From Thermodesulfobacteriota bacterium (GTDB taxonomy: Bacteria; Desulfobacterota; BSN033; UBA1163): a stretch of DNA of 64,000 nt. A program made the position numbers and the translations under genes. How positions within the stretch are numbered: the stretch's first letter is position 1; the number at the start of each line of letters is the position of its first letter. Below the pieces are notes generated by a model. It was not told the DNA's origin. It did no database searches and saw nothing but the letters and a program-made list of their open reading frames with translations. Positions 1-9,654 of this stretch are shown in pieces. The stretch covers positions 3,789-67,788 of the forward strand of contig JBEKWN010000009.1 of NCBI GenBank assembly GCA_049513055.1, given 5' to 3'.

Positions 1-67
1 TAAGGTCGGGAAGCCACTATTAAAAGATTAAAAGGACATTGTCCCAGCAGAAAAATTTAATAGCGAA

Positions 68-358
68 ATGATCAACACTTCAAACAGATCCAATAGGAAG
101 ATTGGAAAAAAGAACATAAGGTCTTTTTTAAAATCGATTACTCCGGGAGAACAGGTATGGTTGAGGGATGGCGTGTTGAAACAAATCCAGACAAGGGAGT
201 GGATTTTTAGTAGAGTGGAGAAAGACGGTACAATTTTGATAGTGCTTAAAGGCGGTGATTTTGGTTTGGACGTAAAAGCAGATGATATTGATTGGGAGGC
301 GTATCGGAAATCGAACGAACACGGCGGTCACCCATTTTGGCAATACGTAGATCGTTAA
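68..358 (+). CDS. hypothetical small protein (96 aa)
   Basis: Intact ORF on the same strand as the downstream skp-like gene. No motif recognised. Confidence 0.35.
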   Translation: MINTSNRSNRKIGKKNIRSFLKSITPGEQVWLRDGVLKQIQTREWIFSRVEKDGTILIVLKGGDFGLDVKADDIDWEAYRKSNEHGGHPFWQYVDR

Positions 359-402
359 AGGTACCGAGGCAAGCCATTCAATAATACACAGAGGGGAAAA
401 TA

Positions 403-930
403 GTGATGTATAGAAAATTCATTGGAGTTCTCGTTTTCATGATTATAGGAGGATTATTTACAGGAACAGTTTACTCTGCTGATATAAAGATTGGATCGGT
501 TGATATGCAGAAGGCAGTGAATGAATGTAATGCAGGGAAAGAGGCCAAAAAGGTACTCACCCAAGAGGCGGAAAAATTCCAGCGCCTCATCGCTGAGAAG
601 CAGAAAGAACTTCAGGGGGTGAAAGAATCGCTGGAAAAACAGGGTCTGATGCTGAACCCTGAAACGAGGGTAGCAAGAGAAAAGGAGTTACAGGCTAAAG
701 TTAGAGATTTTCAGAGATGGGGGGAGGACCATCAGAATGAGCTCAATCAGAGACGGATTGACATCGAAAGGAACATTTCCAGCGGCCTTATAAAGGTAGC
801 TCAAGAGATTGGGGCAAATGAGGGATACACCCTCATCCTGCAGAAGAACGAGAACATTGTACTCTTTGCTTCCAAGCCTATTGACATTACAGATCAGGTC
901 ATTAAGGCCTATGATGTCCAGAAGAAATAG
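403..930 (+). CDS. skp: periplasmic chaperone, OmpH/Skp family
   Basis: 175 aa. It has an N-terminal signal peptide (VFMIIGGLFTGTVYSA), a long K/E/Q-rich coiled-coil body and the C-terminal YTLILQKN..VLFAS..DITDQVIKAYD pattern typical of Skp/OmpH. Confidence 0.8.
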   Translation: MMYRKFIGVLVFMIIGGLFTGTVYSADIKIGSVDMQKAVNECNAGKEAKKVLTQEAEKFQRLIAEKQKELQGVKESLEKQGLMLNPETRVAREKELQAKVRDFQRWGEDHQNELNQRRIDIERNISSGLIKVAQEIGANEGYTLILQKNENIVLFASKPIDITDQVIKAYDVQKK

Positions 931-1034
931 GACTGATAAAGGTTATAAGGATAAAAGGGGATGGATATTATGGTTAGAAAAATTATGATTCCAGTGTTAG
1001 AATTGACAAAGAGAAAGAAAGGAGATGAGAAGAG

Positions 1035-2114
1035 ATGGAAAGAAAGAGGATAGTCTATTTATTTCTTTTGTTTGCTCTTATTCTCGTTTTTTCTTCATGC
1101 CACCCTCGTCATGTTTCAGATATTAGACCTAACATGACGAAAGAAGAAGTGGTTTCTTTGTGGGGGAGGACAGATCTTATCAGTTTTAGGACTGTTAATG
1201 GGAAAGCTGTTGAAACCTGGGAATACCATTTTTCAAACACCAATTCTCTTTGTTGGGTCACTTTTTCTCAGGATAGAGTAGTGGCTACCCAGTGTCGTCC
1301 TCTACGAGGTGGAAGGTATCGGTATTATTCACAGCCAGAGCCGAATCTAACGGAAGCACCCCCGGCCGGACAGAGTTTGGTACGCGAAGGTTCTTTTGCA
1401 ATGAAGCTGGTTGAGGGACTGAAGATAGGGGAGGTTAAAAGTGAGGTAGAGGCCGAGAGTAAGTTGGCTTCAGTAGGTATTGCACCTAAAAATGGATGGA
1501 TTGCTGATTATCCGGTGACACCCGATATTATAGGTGAGCTGCAAAATGCTATTAGTGCAGCAGTGGATTCCGGCAAATTAGCGATGAACAAGGATGAGGC
1601 ACTCAAGGCATTTCAGGGTCTCATTGCGGATATCCAAAGTCAGTATGCTAGAGTTGAACCGCCCCATGGAACGGCACCGCCTCCGTTACCCCCTCCCCCA
1701 GCTCCATCTGCTTCTGGTAGCGCTACTTCTCCCGTGCCTGAAGTTCAGTTCGACGTCAATGCTCCTCCGCCAGAATACGCATTCCCTAATCCCCCTGAAG
1801 TGGCTGTGATACCTGGAACATATGTGTACGTGGTACCAGACATTAATGTGGACATTCTGTTCTATCATGGCTATTGGTACCGCCCCTATGCAGGGCGTTG
1901 GTACTTCGGCCTGTCCTACAACGGACCATGGGTGTATCTTGATCCCGTTAGGATCCCTCGAGTCTTGTTAGAACTCCCGCCAAACTATCGTAGCGTGCCA
2001 CCCAGATACTCTCGAATCCCCTATGGATATCTACGAAGGAACTGGGAGAGATGGGAGCGCGAACGATACTGGCATAGAAACAGAGAATGGCGAGAAGGGT
2101 GGCGGGGCTATTGA
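1035..2114 (+). CDS. putative lipoprotein with Pro-rich linker and W/Y/R-rich C-terminus
   Basis: Signal peptide with a lipobox-like LVFSSC, a PPPLPPPPAPSAS tract and a repetitive YWYRPY/WERWERERYW tail. No family recognised. Confidence 0.5.
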   Translation: MERKRIVYLFLLFALILVFSSCHPRHVSDIRPNMTKEEVVSLWGRTDLISFRTVNGKAVETWEYHFSNTNSLCWVTFSQDRVVATQCRPLRGGRYRYYSQPEPNLTEAPPAGQSLVREGSFAMKLVEGLKIGEVKSEVEAESKLASVGIAPKNGWIADYPVTPDIIGELQNAISAAVDSGKLAMNKDEALKAFQGLIADIQSQYARVEPPHGTAPPPLPPPPAPSASGSATSPVPEVQFDVNAPPPEYAFPNPPEVAVIPGTYVYVVPDINVDILFYHGYWYRPYAGRWYFGLSYNGPWVYLDPVRIPRVLLELPPNYRSVPPRYSRIPYGYLRRNWERWERERYWHRNREWREGWRGY

Positions 2115-2307
2115 GGGGCTGAAAAGTAAACACGAGGTGCATGGGAAGGCAGAAGAGACTAATCGGTTGTAGAACTGGCAGGGTGACACTTTGGGCTTTC
2201 CGCTAAAGGATTTCAGAGACAGCATAACTTTGAGACAGGGAAGGGACAATGCCTTCATCATGTTTCTGAGGGAGGAAGGGGGCAAACTGTAAACTGTTGA
2301 GATAATT

Positions 2308-2835
2308 ATGCTGAACCGGCGGCTTTCCGATGACCCCCATCTCAGACAGCGCAAAGCAGTGTGGATCGGCTTGGCCCTTGCGATTGCCCTTGATACCACC
2401 GCACAGTTGTGCTGGAAAGCAGCAACGTTTCATGCCCCTGCTTCTGCAAGCATTTGGCAAACGCTCGTTATCACATTCCGTCAGCCACTGTTTCACGTCA
2501 CCGTACTTCTGTTCATCCTTATGTTTTTCAATTGGATGATAGTGTTATCCAATGCTGACCTCAGTTATGCACAGCCGATAACTGCCTTAAGCTATGTTAC
2601 GGTCAGTGTGGTTGCGGTGGTCTTGCTTGGTGAGGATATTCCTCCGCAGCGTATGATTGGGATCACGATGATCCTGTTTGGTGTGTGGTTTATCAGCAGC
2701 ACGAGTCATCGAACAGTCATCCCCGGTGCGCAATCTCAATCTGCTCAGCAACAGACACAGGATCTACGCCTTTCCAAAAGTAAACAAGTGTATGCGGTAA
2801 TCAAAGCCACTAATGTGATGATTGCCACAGACTGA
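2308..2835 (+). CDS. small DMT/EamA-like membrane protein
   Basis: About 4 hydrophobic helices with a single EamA-type repeat pattern (ADLSYAQPITALSYV...LLGE). The true start is uncertain. Confidence 0.45.
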   Translation: MLNRRLSDDPHLRQRKAVWIGLALAIALDTTAQLCWKAATFHAPASASIWQTLVITFRQPLFHVTVLLFILMFFNWMIVLSNADLSYAQPITALSYVTVSVVAVVLLGEDIPPQRMIGITMILFGVWFISSTSHRTVIPGAQSQSAQQQTQDLRLSKSKQVYAVIKATNVMIATD

Positions 2836-2907
2836 GGAGATAATCGGAAAAGAAAATCCATATTCAAACTGCCAAAGAGCGAAGGCAGGGTCAGGGGAGG
2901 ACCGCGT

Positions 2908-3210
2908 GTGAGCTACAAGCCGGAGACTCCATTTGACAACATCGAAAGCGCGCAGCAGTATGTGGAACTGATGATCGAAGCGATCGAGGAATCCAAGCGC
3001 GACGTGGATGCGGACATCGCACGGGCGGAAAGCAACCGCTTAGAACGTCAAAAGCGAGCCCTCCAGCTTGTCTCCAATAACCTAGTGAAACTGAGTCAGC
3101 ACATGACCACCAGCCTCCGAATCTTGAACGACTTGAGAACCTTGCGCCGCCTGCTTCTGGAGGAGCGGCAACTCAATAAACACTACGCAGATTACAAACG
3201 GGAATCGTGA
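2908..3210 (+). CDS. hypothetical coiled-coil protein (100 aa, GTG start)
   Basis: ORF only, with charged helical composition. Confidence 0.35.
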   Translation: MSYKPETPFDNIESAQQYVELMIEAIEESKRDVDADIARAESNRLERQKRALQLVSNNLVKLSQHMTTSLRILNDLRTLRRLLLEERQLNKHYADYKRES

Positions 3211-3249
3211 ACTAACAGGCTGATCTTAAAGTGAAGAGTAGTAGGTGAA

Positions 3250-3281
3250 GTCGCCAGTCAAGAGTTAGCCTGACTGGCGAC
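3250..3281. terminator. 11-bp perfect hairpin between convergent genes
   Basis: GTCGCCAGTCA (3250-3260) pairs with TGACTGGCGAC (3271-3281) around a 10-nt loop. There is no clear U-tract. Confidence 0.4.
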
Positions 3282-3335
3282 TCCCAAGCTTAGTATTTTA
3301 AATTATTGCCTGTCATCTGCTTATTGGTATTTAAA

Positions 3336-3875
3336 CTATTTCCTTGTGGTCAATTCCTTTAGAACCCCCTCATAAACACCATAAGTCTTTGAATCGAAGA
3401 GAACGAATCGGACAAGTTTAATTTCGGGATGGTCTTTCAAATAATCCATCACAGTCTTTAAGGCGATTCGGGAAGCCTCCTCCACGGGATACCCATAAAT
3501 TCCTGTGCTGATGGAAGGAAAGGCAATCGAGGAAATTTTGTTCTGGGTGCATAGTTCCAGACTCTTCCGATAAGCGCTCGACAAAAGTTCAGGATCTTTG
3601 GGTGATCCTGAATATCTCGGGCCGACTGCGTGGATCACATATCTGGCCTTGAGATTTCCTCCACCCGTGATCACAGCGGAACCTGTCGGGCAACCCTTAT
3701 ACTTTGCTTTTAGCTCTGACATAATAGAATGCCCACCTGCCCCATGGATGGCACCGTCCACTCCGCCCCCTCCTGCCAATGCAGAATTGGCGGCATTACC
3801 GATGGCCTCTGTATCCTGCTGGGTGATATCGCCCTGTATGACTTCTAAAGTTGATTGATGAATCGTTGCTTTCAT
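3336..3875 (-). CDS. macro domain protein (O-acetyl-ADP-ribose deacetylase / ADP-ribose binding, YmdB-like)
   Basis: Contains GDITQQDTEAIGNAAN, GGGGVDGAIH, VIHAVGP and IAFPSISTGIYGYP, which are the canonical macro-domain motifs. Confidence 0.85.
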   Translation of the reverse strand: MKATIHQSTLEVIQGDITQQDTEAIGNAANSALAGGGGVDGAIHGAGGHSIMSELKAKYKGCPTGSAVITGGGNLKARYVIHAVGPRYSGSPKDPELLSSAYRKSLELCTQNKISSIAFPSISTGIYGYPVEEASRIALKTVMDYLKDHPEIKLVRFVLFDSKTYGVYEGVLKELTTRK

Positions 3876-3972
3876 CTTTCTTCTCTCCCTTTATTTATTG
3901 CATTTAGATTCTGGAGTTATGCATATCAGAAAGAGTTGACTTCGTCAATATTGGAAGTTAAGGTTTTAAGCG

Positions 3973-5250
3973 ATGAAGGCGATGAAACCGATCAACTATG
4001 GCTGGGTGATTGTTGGAGTGGGCGTTCTCGTCAAGATGACAGGCTTAGGGTTTGGCCGGTTTGCTTATCCCATGCTCATTCCCAATATGAGAGGATCGCT
4101 TGGATTCAACTATATCGAGATGGGACTTTTAAGCGGAGCCATCATGTTGGGTTACCTTCTCTTCTCCCTTATTGGTGGAATATTGGCAACACGGTTCGGT
4201 CCCAAAAGGATTGTGATCATTTCCCTCCTTTGTAGTGCTCTCTCCATGTTCTCCATCAGTAGATTATCCGGCCTCCTTCCTCTTCTCTTCTTCAGCTTCG
4301 CCATGGGAGCAGGGGGTGCAGGGGCTCACATTTCCATGACCACTTTACCCATGGCATGGTTTGGAGAGCGGAGATTGGGCAGGGCCCTTGGCGTTGTGAC
4401 AGGTGGAACAGGCCTCGGCATCATTGTCACGGGTCTTCTGCTTCCCTATCTTCTATTCAATTTGGGTAAAGAGGCGTGGAGACAGTGCTGGCTCCTTCTG
4501 GCCTTGATTACTTTTTTGGTGGTGGTGATCGGATGGATATTATTGAGGGGAAAACCGAACCAGATGTCACTTCTTCCTTCCGGTCCTGATGGAGATGAAA
4601 AATCCATTCTCTCTCAAGACAACAAAAATGGACTCAGCCTTAAGGCAATCTTTATCATCTATTTCATCTTTGGATTTGCTTATAACATCTATGCCACCTA
4701 TTTTGTCGCTTATATGGTCGAGGAGATTCGACTTTCAGAAAAAACTGCAGGAAATATTTGGGCCCTCTTCGGTTGGATGTGTATGGGGAGTGGATTGATT
4801 TGGGGGTTTATTTCTGACCATTTGGGAAGACGAAAGGCCCTGCTCTGGAACAACGGGATCATATCCCTTTCTGTTCTTCTTCCTCTTCTGCTCCATCAGT
4901 CTTTCATCCTCGGCCTTTCTGCCTTTCTTTTTGGAGTGACTTTTTTAGGAACGGTCACTGTTATTGCTGCGGCGGTTGGAGATCAGGTGGTTGAAAAAAG
5001 GGCTTCTGTTTATGGATTGGTCACCCTGATCCATGGCATCGGACAGTTTTTAGGGACGATCTCTGGTGGATATTTAAAAGATTTAACCGGTTCTTTTCAA
5101 TTAACCCTTATTGTTTCCCTGACCGGTTTTCTCCTCTGCATACTCCTGACCTCCATCACCCCCCCACCCTTCCCTCCCCCTCAGAGGGGGGAGGAGGTAG
5201 GTGGGGGTGAGGTTAGAGAGTTTCGTAGAAAGATTTTTTCAAAAATTTAA
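3973..5250 (+). CDS. MFS transporter
   Basis: 425 aa and about 12 TM segments, with a G-rich loop motif (ATRFGPKR) after TM2. The last ~35 codons translate a GC-rich palindrome, so the true C-terminus is uncertain. Confidence 0.75.
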   Translation: MKAMKPINYGWVIVGVGVLVKMTGLGFGRFAYPMLIPNMRGSLGFNYIEMGLLSGAIMLGYLLFSLIGGILATRFGPKRIVIISLLCSALSMFSISRLSGLLPLLFFSFAMGAGGAGAHISMTTLPMAWFGERRLGRALGVVTGGTGLGIIVTGLLLPYLLFNLGKEAWRQCWLLLALITFLVVVIGWILLRGKPNQMSLLPSGPDGDEKSILSQDNKNGLSLKAIFIIYFIFGFAYNIYATYFVAYMVEEIRLSEKTAGNIWALFGWMCMGSGLIWGFISDHLGRRKALLWNNGIISLSVLLPLLLHQSFILGLSAFLFGVTFLGTVTVIAAAVGDQVVEKRASVYGLVTLIHGIGQFLGTISGGYLKDLTGSFQLTLIVSLTGFLLCILLTSITPPPFPPPQRGEEVGGGEVREFRRKIFSKI

Positions 5251-5824
5251 AGGAAGCAACAAATTTGTCAAAGACGTCGAAAGCGGATAGATCGTAAGAC
5301 CCATCCATAGGTCTCCATTGGGTAATATAGAAGCCTACGATCCGGTCACCCCGTTTACCGAAGACCACTTTGGCTCTAACCTTCTCCTTTTTCACTGGGT
5401 CCTTTCCCTCTACCAATACTGCCAGCCCTTCTCCACCAACGACCTGAACCTTTTTTCTGTTTAAAATTTGAAACTGAAGAATCGCATTGAAAAGAAACCT
5501 CTTAAAAAATTCCCTTTCCCTCCCCTCGAACGATGCTGCTGTACACCCAAAAGGATCCTCATCATAAGCAAACGTGGTGACAGAGGGAAAGGGTCCAGGG
5601 TCTGATCTCATAAATCCAAAATTTATATCATTCTCGCCTGCTTCCACCCGTAGTAATTTCCAATCCGGGGAAGGGGGCATAAACTCAAACTCGTCTTCCC
5701 AGACGACCGTTCCCTGAGGAGTCAATCTGTAAGGAACCTTCTTGGAGGTTTGCATCGAGGCACACCCAGAAAGCCAGGCCGCCACCAACACAAAACACAG
5801 AACCGTCAGCAATTTTCTTTTCAT
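5213..5824 (-). CDS. putative lipoprotein
   Basis: Signal peptide with lipobox LSGC. No family recognised. The start overlaps the stop of the upstream peroxiredoxin (ATGA-type coupling at 5821-5824). Confidence 0.5.
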   Translation of the reverse strand: MKRKLLTVLCFVLVAAWLSGCASMQTSKKVPYRLTPQGTVVWEDEFEFMPPSPDWKLLRVEAGENDINFGFMRSDPGPFPSVTTFAYDEDPFGCTAASFEGREREFFKRFLFNAILQFQILNRKKVQVVGGEGLAVLVEGKDPVKKEKVRAKVVFGKRGDRIVGFYITQWRPMDGSYDLSAFDVFDKFVASFKFLKKSFYETL

Positions 5825-6372
5825 GGTTTTCCTCCTTCCTGGTTCAATTTTTTGAGAAAGAGGAGAATGTCCTTGAAATCAGGCGAGCCATCCCTCACAT
5901 AACGAATAATGCCAGTTTTATCGATAATCACCGTTCGCCTTCCAAAGATGGGTTTTCCTTCAGGCTGGATGTCGAAATAAGCACCTAAAAAAGCAGTGAT
6001 GTTCGAAAGGAGAGGAAAGGTTATACCCAAACCATTCGCCCAATATTTTAATGTTGTCACATCATCTCGACTGACGCCCACGACCCGGGCGTTGAAGCGG
6101 TCATAGAGGTAGAGGTTCCTCTGATGGCCCTCCATTTCGCCCGTTCAGACAGGGGTAAAGGCAGCTGGAAAGAATGTGATGATCAGATGGTACTTTCCAT
6201 AATACTCATCGGCATAGTTGATCAACCGGTCCTGCGTGGATGGCAGGGTAAAATTGAGGGTCTCTCGACCGATTAACTCTACTTTTTTCGCAGCTTCCAC
6301 ATTGGAAAAGAGAAAAAGAGATAGAAAAAGTAGTGAGAATAAAATCCATCGATTTAATGCTTTTTTTCTCAT
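5821..6372 (-). CDS. secreted peroxiredoxin (AhpC/TSA-BCP family) with in-frame UGA (selenocysteine candidate) at the peroxidatic Cys position
   Basis: Track ORFs 6145..6372 and 5821..6135 are in the same frame and are separated only by TGA (6145-6147). The read-through product is FFPAAFTPV-U-TGEMEG...VVGVSRDD...TFPLLSN, which matches the Prx motif FxPxxFTPVCTxE...GVSxD...FPLLSD. Confidence 0.7.
6086..6143 (-). promoter_or_regulatory. candidate SECIS-like stem-loop immediately 3' of the UGA
   Basis: On the mRNA, CGGGCG (2 nt after the UGA) can pair with CGCCCG about 50 nt downstream. Inner helices are AUGGAGG/CCUCUAU and AGAG/CUCU. All pairings were hand-drawn and not scored. Confidence 0.3.
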
Positions 6373-6638
6373 TAGTCCCTCCTTTCAGTTTTTTAAAATT
6401 TTATAATATTCCCTACTGTTTTGCAATCTTCATTTCTCTCACTGAGAAACTATTTATAAAAGGAGGATGACCGTATCCCTGCCTACGACAGGCAGACGGG
6501 TCTCGTATCGGTAGTCTCAAATATTCATTGCACTGTGAATCATTGAACAACCTTTTGATTTTCGTTGACTTTTGTATGCTGTTTAATCATGATATGGCTA
6601 TCTATCGAATGAATTCTTTTAAGAAGGAGGTGAATAGA

Positions 6639-7079
6639 ATGGTTGGTATAAATGTGAAGATCCGACCCATGGAGCCGGAGGATATCAGTGGTATTTTAGT
6701 GGTCGACCGGAAGATCAGCGGCGTGCAGAGGGCTCTTACTTATAGAGATTTAGTCCAGGAGGCCCTGGGAGGTCAAATAGACATGAGCTTTGTGGCTGAG
6801 GTTGACAATCAATTTGCAGGGTTTGTTATGGCCTATCTCACTTATGTCCGTGAGCAGGTCTCAGAAGCCTGTATAATTCAAATTTTTGGAGTCGACCCCC
6901 AATATCAGAGACAGGGTATCGCTACCAAACTGGTCCAGGCGCTATTAGACAAATGTCGCTCAAAAAAAATCAAGCTTATCCGAACCATGGTCGAGGAGCG
7001 TGATAGTGAATTGCAAGGTTTCTTCAAGCGCTTGGGGTTTGATCGCGGCCTCTATATAGATTTTTCCAAGATTGTGTAA
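6639..7079 (+). CDS. GNAT family N-acetyltransferase
   Basis: Contains the motif A-like acetyl-CoA site QRQGIATKLV within ...IFGVDPQYQRQGIATKLVQALL. The ATG at 6639 follows AGGAGG, so the track ORF start at 6528 is probably too far upstream. Confidence 0.75.
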   Translation: MVGINVKIRPMEPEDISGILVVDRKISGVQRALTYRDLVQEALGGQIDMSFVAEVDNQFAGFVMAYLTYVREQVSEACIIQIFGVDPQYQRQGIATKLVQALLDKCRSKKIKLIRTMVEERDSELQGFFKRLGFDRGLYIDFSKIV

Positions 7080-7165
7080 AAATGCTTTTTGAGAACCAGA
7101 AAGTTATTATAAAATTATCTCTTGCCATATGAAATTTAGAACATAATTAACCCTCAACTTCCCTC

Positions 7166-9628
7166 CTAAAGATCACCTTTCAGGAATGTTTTCACTTCAA
7201 TCTTTTCCCCATCCGTCATCACTGTGATGGCTCCATCTTTATCAGTTCTTAAAATCCTCGAACCCAATTGCAGGTATCTCTTCAATACCTCTGGATGGGG
7301 AAGTCGGCCGATATTCCTTTCACCCACACTGAGAATGGCATAAGTAAGTTTCACCCTTTCCAGGAAAAGCGGGGAACTCGAGGAAGAACTTCCGTGATGG
7401 GGGATTTTTAAAATATCAGCCCTGAGCGGATAACCTTTTCTTAGCATTCGCTCCTCGGCTTCCTTTCCAATATCTCCTGTCAGAAGCACAGAAACATTTT
7501 TAAATCGAAGCTTCATGACCAGTGAGGCATTATTCAGATCCCAGAGATTCCGAACTTTTCTTTGTGTTGCATTCCACACCGGTGGGTTTAGAAAAGAAAT
7601 CTCGACTCCATTGATCATTTGAAAAGGTGTCTCTTCATTCAGAGAGTGGATCTTAATTTTTTTCTCCTCAAGAATTTTTTTCAACTGGAGATAGGGCTCT
7701 GAGTCTGTCTGAAACCCGTTATCCCAGAATTGGCCAATCGAAAATTGGGAAGCAATGAAAATTAAACCTTTCAGATGGTCTGGGTCAGGATGGGTGAGGA
7801 CAAGGGTGTCAACCCTTCGAATCTTCTTTTTCCATAGAAAGGGGGCGATGACATTCTTTCCAATATCGAAACGATCCTCACGAAGGCCTCCTCCATCGAT
7901 CAGCATCCTTTTTCCTTTTGGAAATTCGATGAGGATGGAATCTCCATTTCCTACATCTATAAAAGTTAACCTGAGATCTTTTTGTAATAAATCTTTCAGA
8001 TTCCAAAATGCCAAATCGAAGACGAGAACAACGCAGAGCCCCAAAAAAAGATATCGGGCCATCTTCCGTTTCTTAAGGTGAACTACTAGGAAAAGGAGAA
8101 TGTAGAAAAGGACGATTTCAAAAACGGTTGGGGTTGAGACAAAGAACGAAGCAAACGGTAGAGAGGCAAAGAAGGCCAGTACTCTGAGCAGGATCAGGGT
8201 GATGAAACCATTGATGTTGATCAGGAAGGTAGCTAAGGGAGTGAAGAAGAAAGAAAAAATGGAAGCGGTGAGACTCAAAGGGACGATGAGAAAGCCCACC
8301 CATGGAATGATGAAGAGGTTGGTGAAAAATCCAATGGGGGAGAAACGGTTGAAGTGGAGTGCAACAAAAGGTGCGGTCCCTAAAATGGCCACTCCAGTCA
8401 CGAGGAGGGAGAGCATGATATATTTCAAGATATTCTTCTTCCATGAAGTTTTTAGAAGAAGGGAAATTCCCTCTTGTTTAAACTCTTGAAGGATGCGTGG
8501 GACCAGATAGAGAATGGAAAGGACAGCGAGGAAAGAGAGCTGAAAAGAAACATCGAAAAGGGAAGGAGGTGAGAGGATGAGGATGAGAAAGGCGGCCAGC
8601 GCGAGTGTGTGGAGCAGGTTTCTCTCCCGATTGAGCAAGATGGAGAAGAGGAAGGTGATCACCATGATTGCCGCTCGGATCACGGAGATCCCTCCGCCTG
8701 CGATGAATGCATAGAGAATGATGCAGGGGATCGTCAGGCCAGCCGCCCATTTTCTGACGGAAATGGAGAGAAGAAGAAATTCTGAACGCTTTAAAATCCA
8801 GATCAGCAGAGAGAAAGAAAGGAGAGCAACGATTCCGAATTGATCTCCCGAAATGGCCAGAAGATGAGCTGTCCCGGTAAGAATAAAATATTCCTTTATC
8901 TCTTCTGGAATATCCCCCTGTTCGCCCAATACAAGGGCTTTGAAAATACTAGAAGTGGGAGCATTGACTTCTCGGTTTAGAAAATCCCGGATACGATCCC
9001 GCCAGCTCTCCACTTGGAGAATAATAGGATTTTTAAATCCCTTTCCCAATTTGACCCACCCTTTCTTCTCGGATAAGAATCCAACCGTATGGATTCGTTC
9101 AAAGGCAAGGTGGCGTTCGTAAGAAAACCCGCCTGGATTATGAAATCCACGAGGGGAATGGAGTCTACAAAAAAAACGAAGGCGATCCCCCACTCGAAGC
9201 GAGGGATCCTCCTCTTTAAGGAAGATCAGGAGAAGACCGTCCACAGAGATGTGACGGTTTGAAAGGATGACCTTTTGTGAGCGAATGAGTAATTGGGTTC
9301 TTCCTCGGGAGGTCTCAGGAGGGCGATCGATGATTCCCTCTAATGAAATTCTTTCCAAGCCGGTGAAATGAGAGAGGTGAGAGGGGGAGTATTGTGGATG
9401 GAGATAAAGCTGGATAGAAAAAATTCCGAGAAGGAAGAAAATGGAGAAGGCGATCCAAGAACCCATCTGGATTCTTTTTATTATGAGGAGAAGAGTCCAA
9501 AAACCCAAAAGTATTAGGAGGAGAATCCATCCTTGAGAAAGGAAAGGAAGGTCGAAGTGGCCAAAATAGATACCAATGGTGTAGAAGATCAAGATAGGAA
9601 TGAGAGGAAGGCGAAAGGCTCCACTCAT
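7166..9628 (-). CDS. comEC: DNA internalization-related competence protein ComEC/Rec2
   Basis: 820 aa. It has an N-terminal OB/DUF4131-like region, a polytopic competence domain and a C-terminal metallo-beta-lactamase domain (VLTHPDPDH, HHGS). Confidence 0.9.
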   Translation of the reverse strand: MSGAFRLPLIPILIFYTIGIYFGHFDLPFLSQGWILLLILLGFWTLLLIIKRIQMGSWIAFSIFFLLGIFSIQLYLHPQYSPSHLSHFTGLERISLEGIIDRPPETSRGRTQLLIRSQKVILSNRHISVDGLLLIFLKEEDPSLRVGDRLRFFCRLHSPRGFHNPGGFSYERHLAFERIHTVGFLSEKKGWVKLGKGFKNPIILQVESWRDRIRDFLNREVNAPTSSIFKALVLGEQGDIPEEIKEYFILTGTAHLLAISGDQFGIVALLSFSLLIWILKRSEFLLLSISVRKWAAGLTIPCIILYAFIAGGGISVIRAAIMVITFLFSILLNRERNLLHTLALAAFLILILSPPSLFDVSFQLSFLAVLSILYLVPRILQEFKQEGISLLLKTSWKKNILKYIMLSLLVTGVAILGTAPFVALHFNRFSPIGFFTNLFIIPWVGFLIVPLSLTASIFSFFFTPLATFLININGFITLILLRVLAFFASLPFASFFVSTPTVFEIVLFYILLFLVVHLKKRKMARYLFLGLCVVLVFDLAFWNLKDLLQKDLRLTFIDVGNGDSILIEFPKGKRMLIDGGGLREDRFDIGKNVIAPFLWKKKIRRVDTLVLTHPDPDHLKGLIFIASQFSIGQFWDNGFQTDSEPYLQLKKILEEKKIKIHSLNEETPFQMINGVEISFLNPPVWNATQRKVRNLWDLNNASLVMKLRFKNVSVLLTGDIGKEAEERMLRKGYPLRADILKIPHHGSSSSSSPLFLERVKLTYAILSVGERNIGRLPHPEVLKRYLQLGSRILRTDKDGAITVMTDGEKIEVKTFLKGDL

Positions 9629-9654
9629 CTCCGCCTCAAGCGGATTAATCTTTT

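Noticed and set aside
2150-3300. Slightly higher GC than the surroundings (EamA-like gene and 100-aa ORF), possibly a horizontally acquired patch
   Set aside because: The difference is modest by eye, there are no flanking repeats or mobility genes, and I cannot quantify it here.
3855-4235. 126-aa plus-strand ORF upstream of and overlapping the MFS gene
   Set aside because: It is out of frame with the MFS transporter, which has a clear TM pattern, and its sequence has no features.
5821-6372. Reading the split peroxiredoxin as two genes or as a nonsense pseudogene
   Set aside because: The stop is TGA, is in frame and replaces exactly the catalytic Cys codon, and both halves are otherwise intact. 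Selenocysteine is the more economical explanation. A single TGC/TGT-to-TGA mutation cannot be excluded without checking the genome for sel genes.
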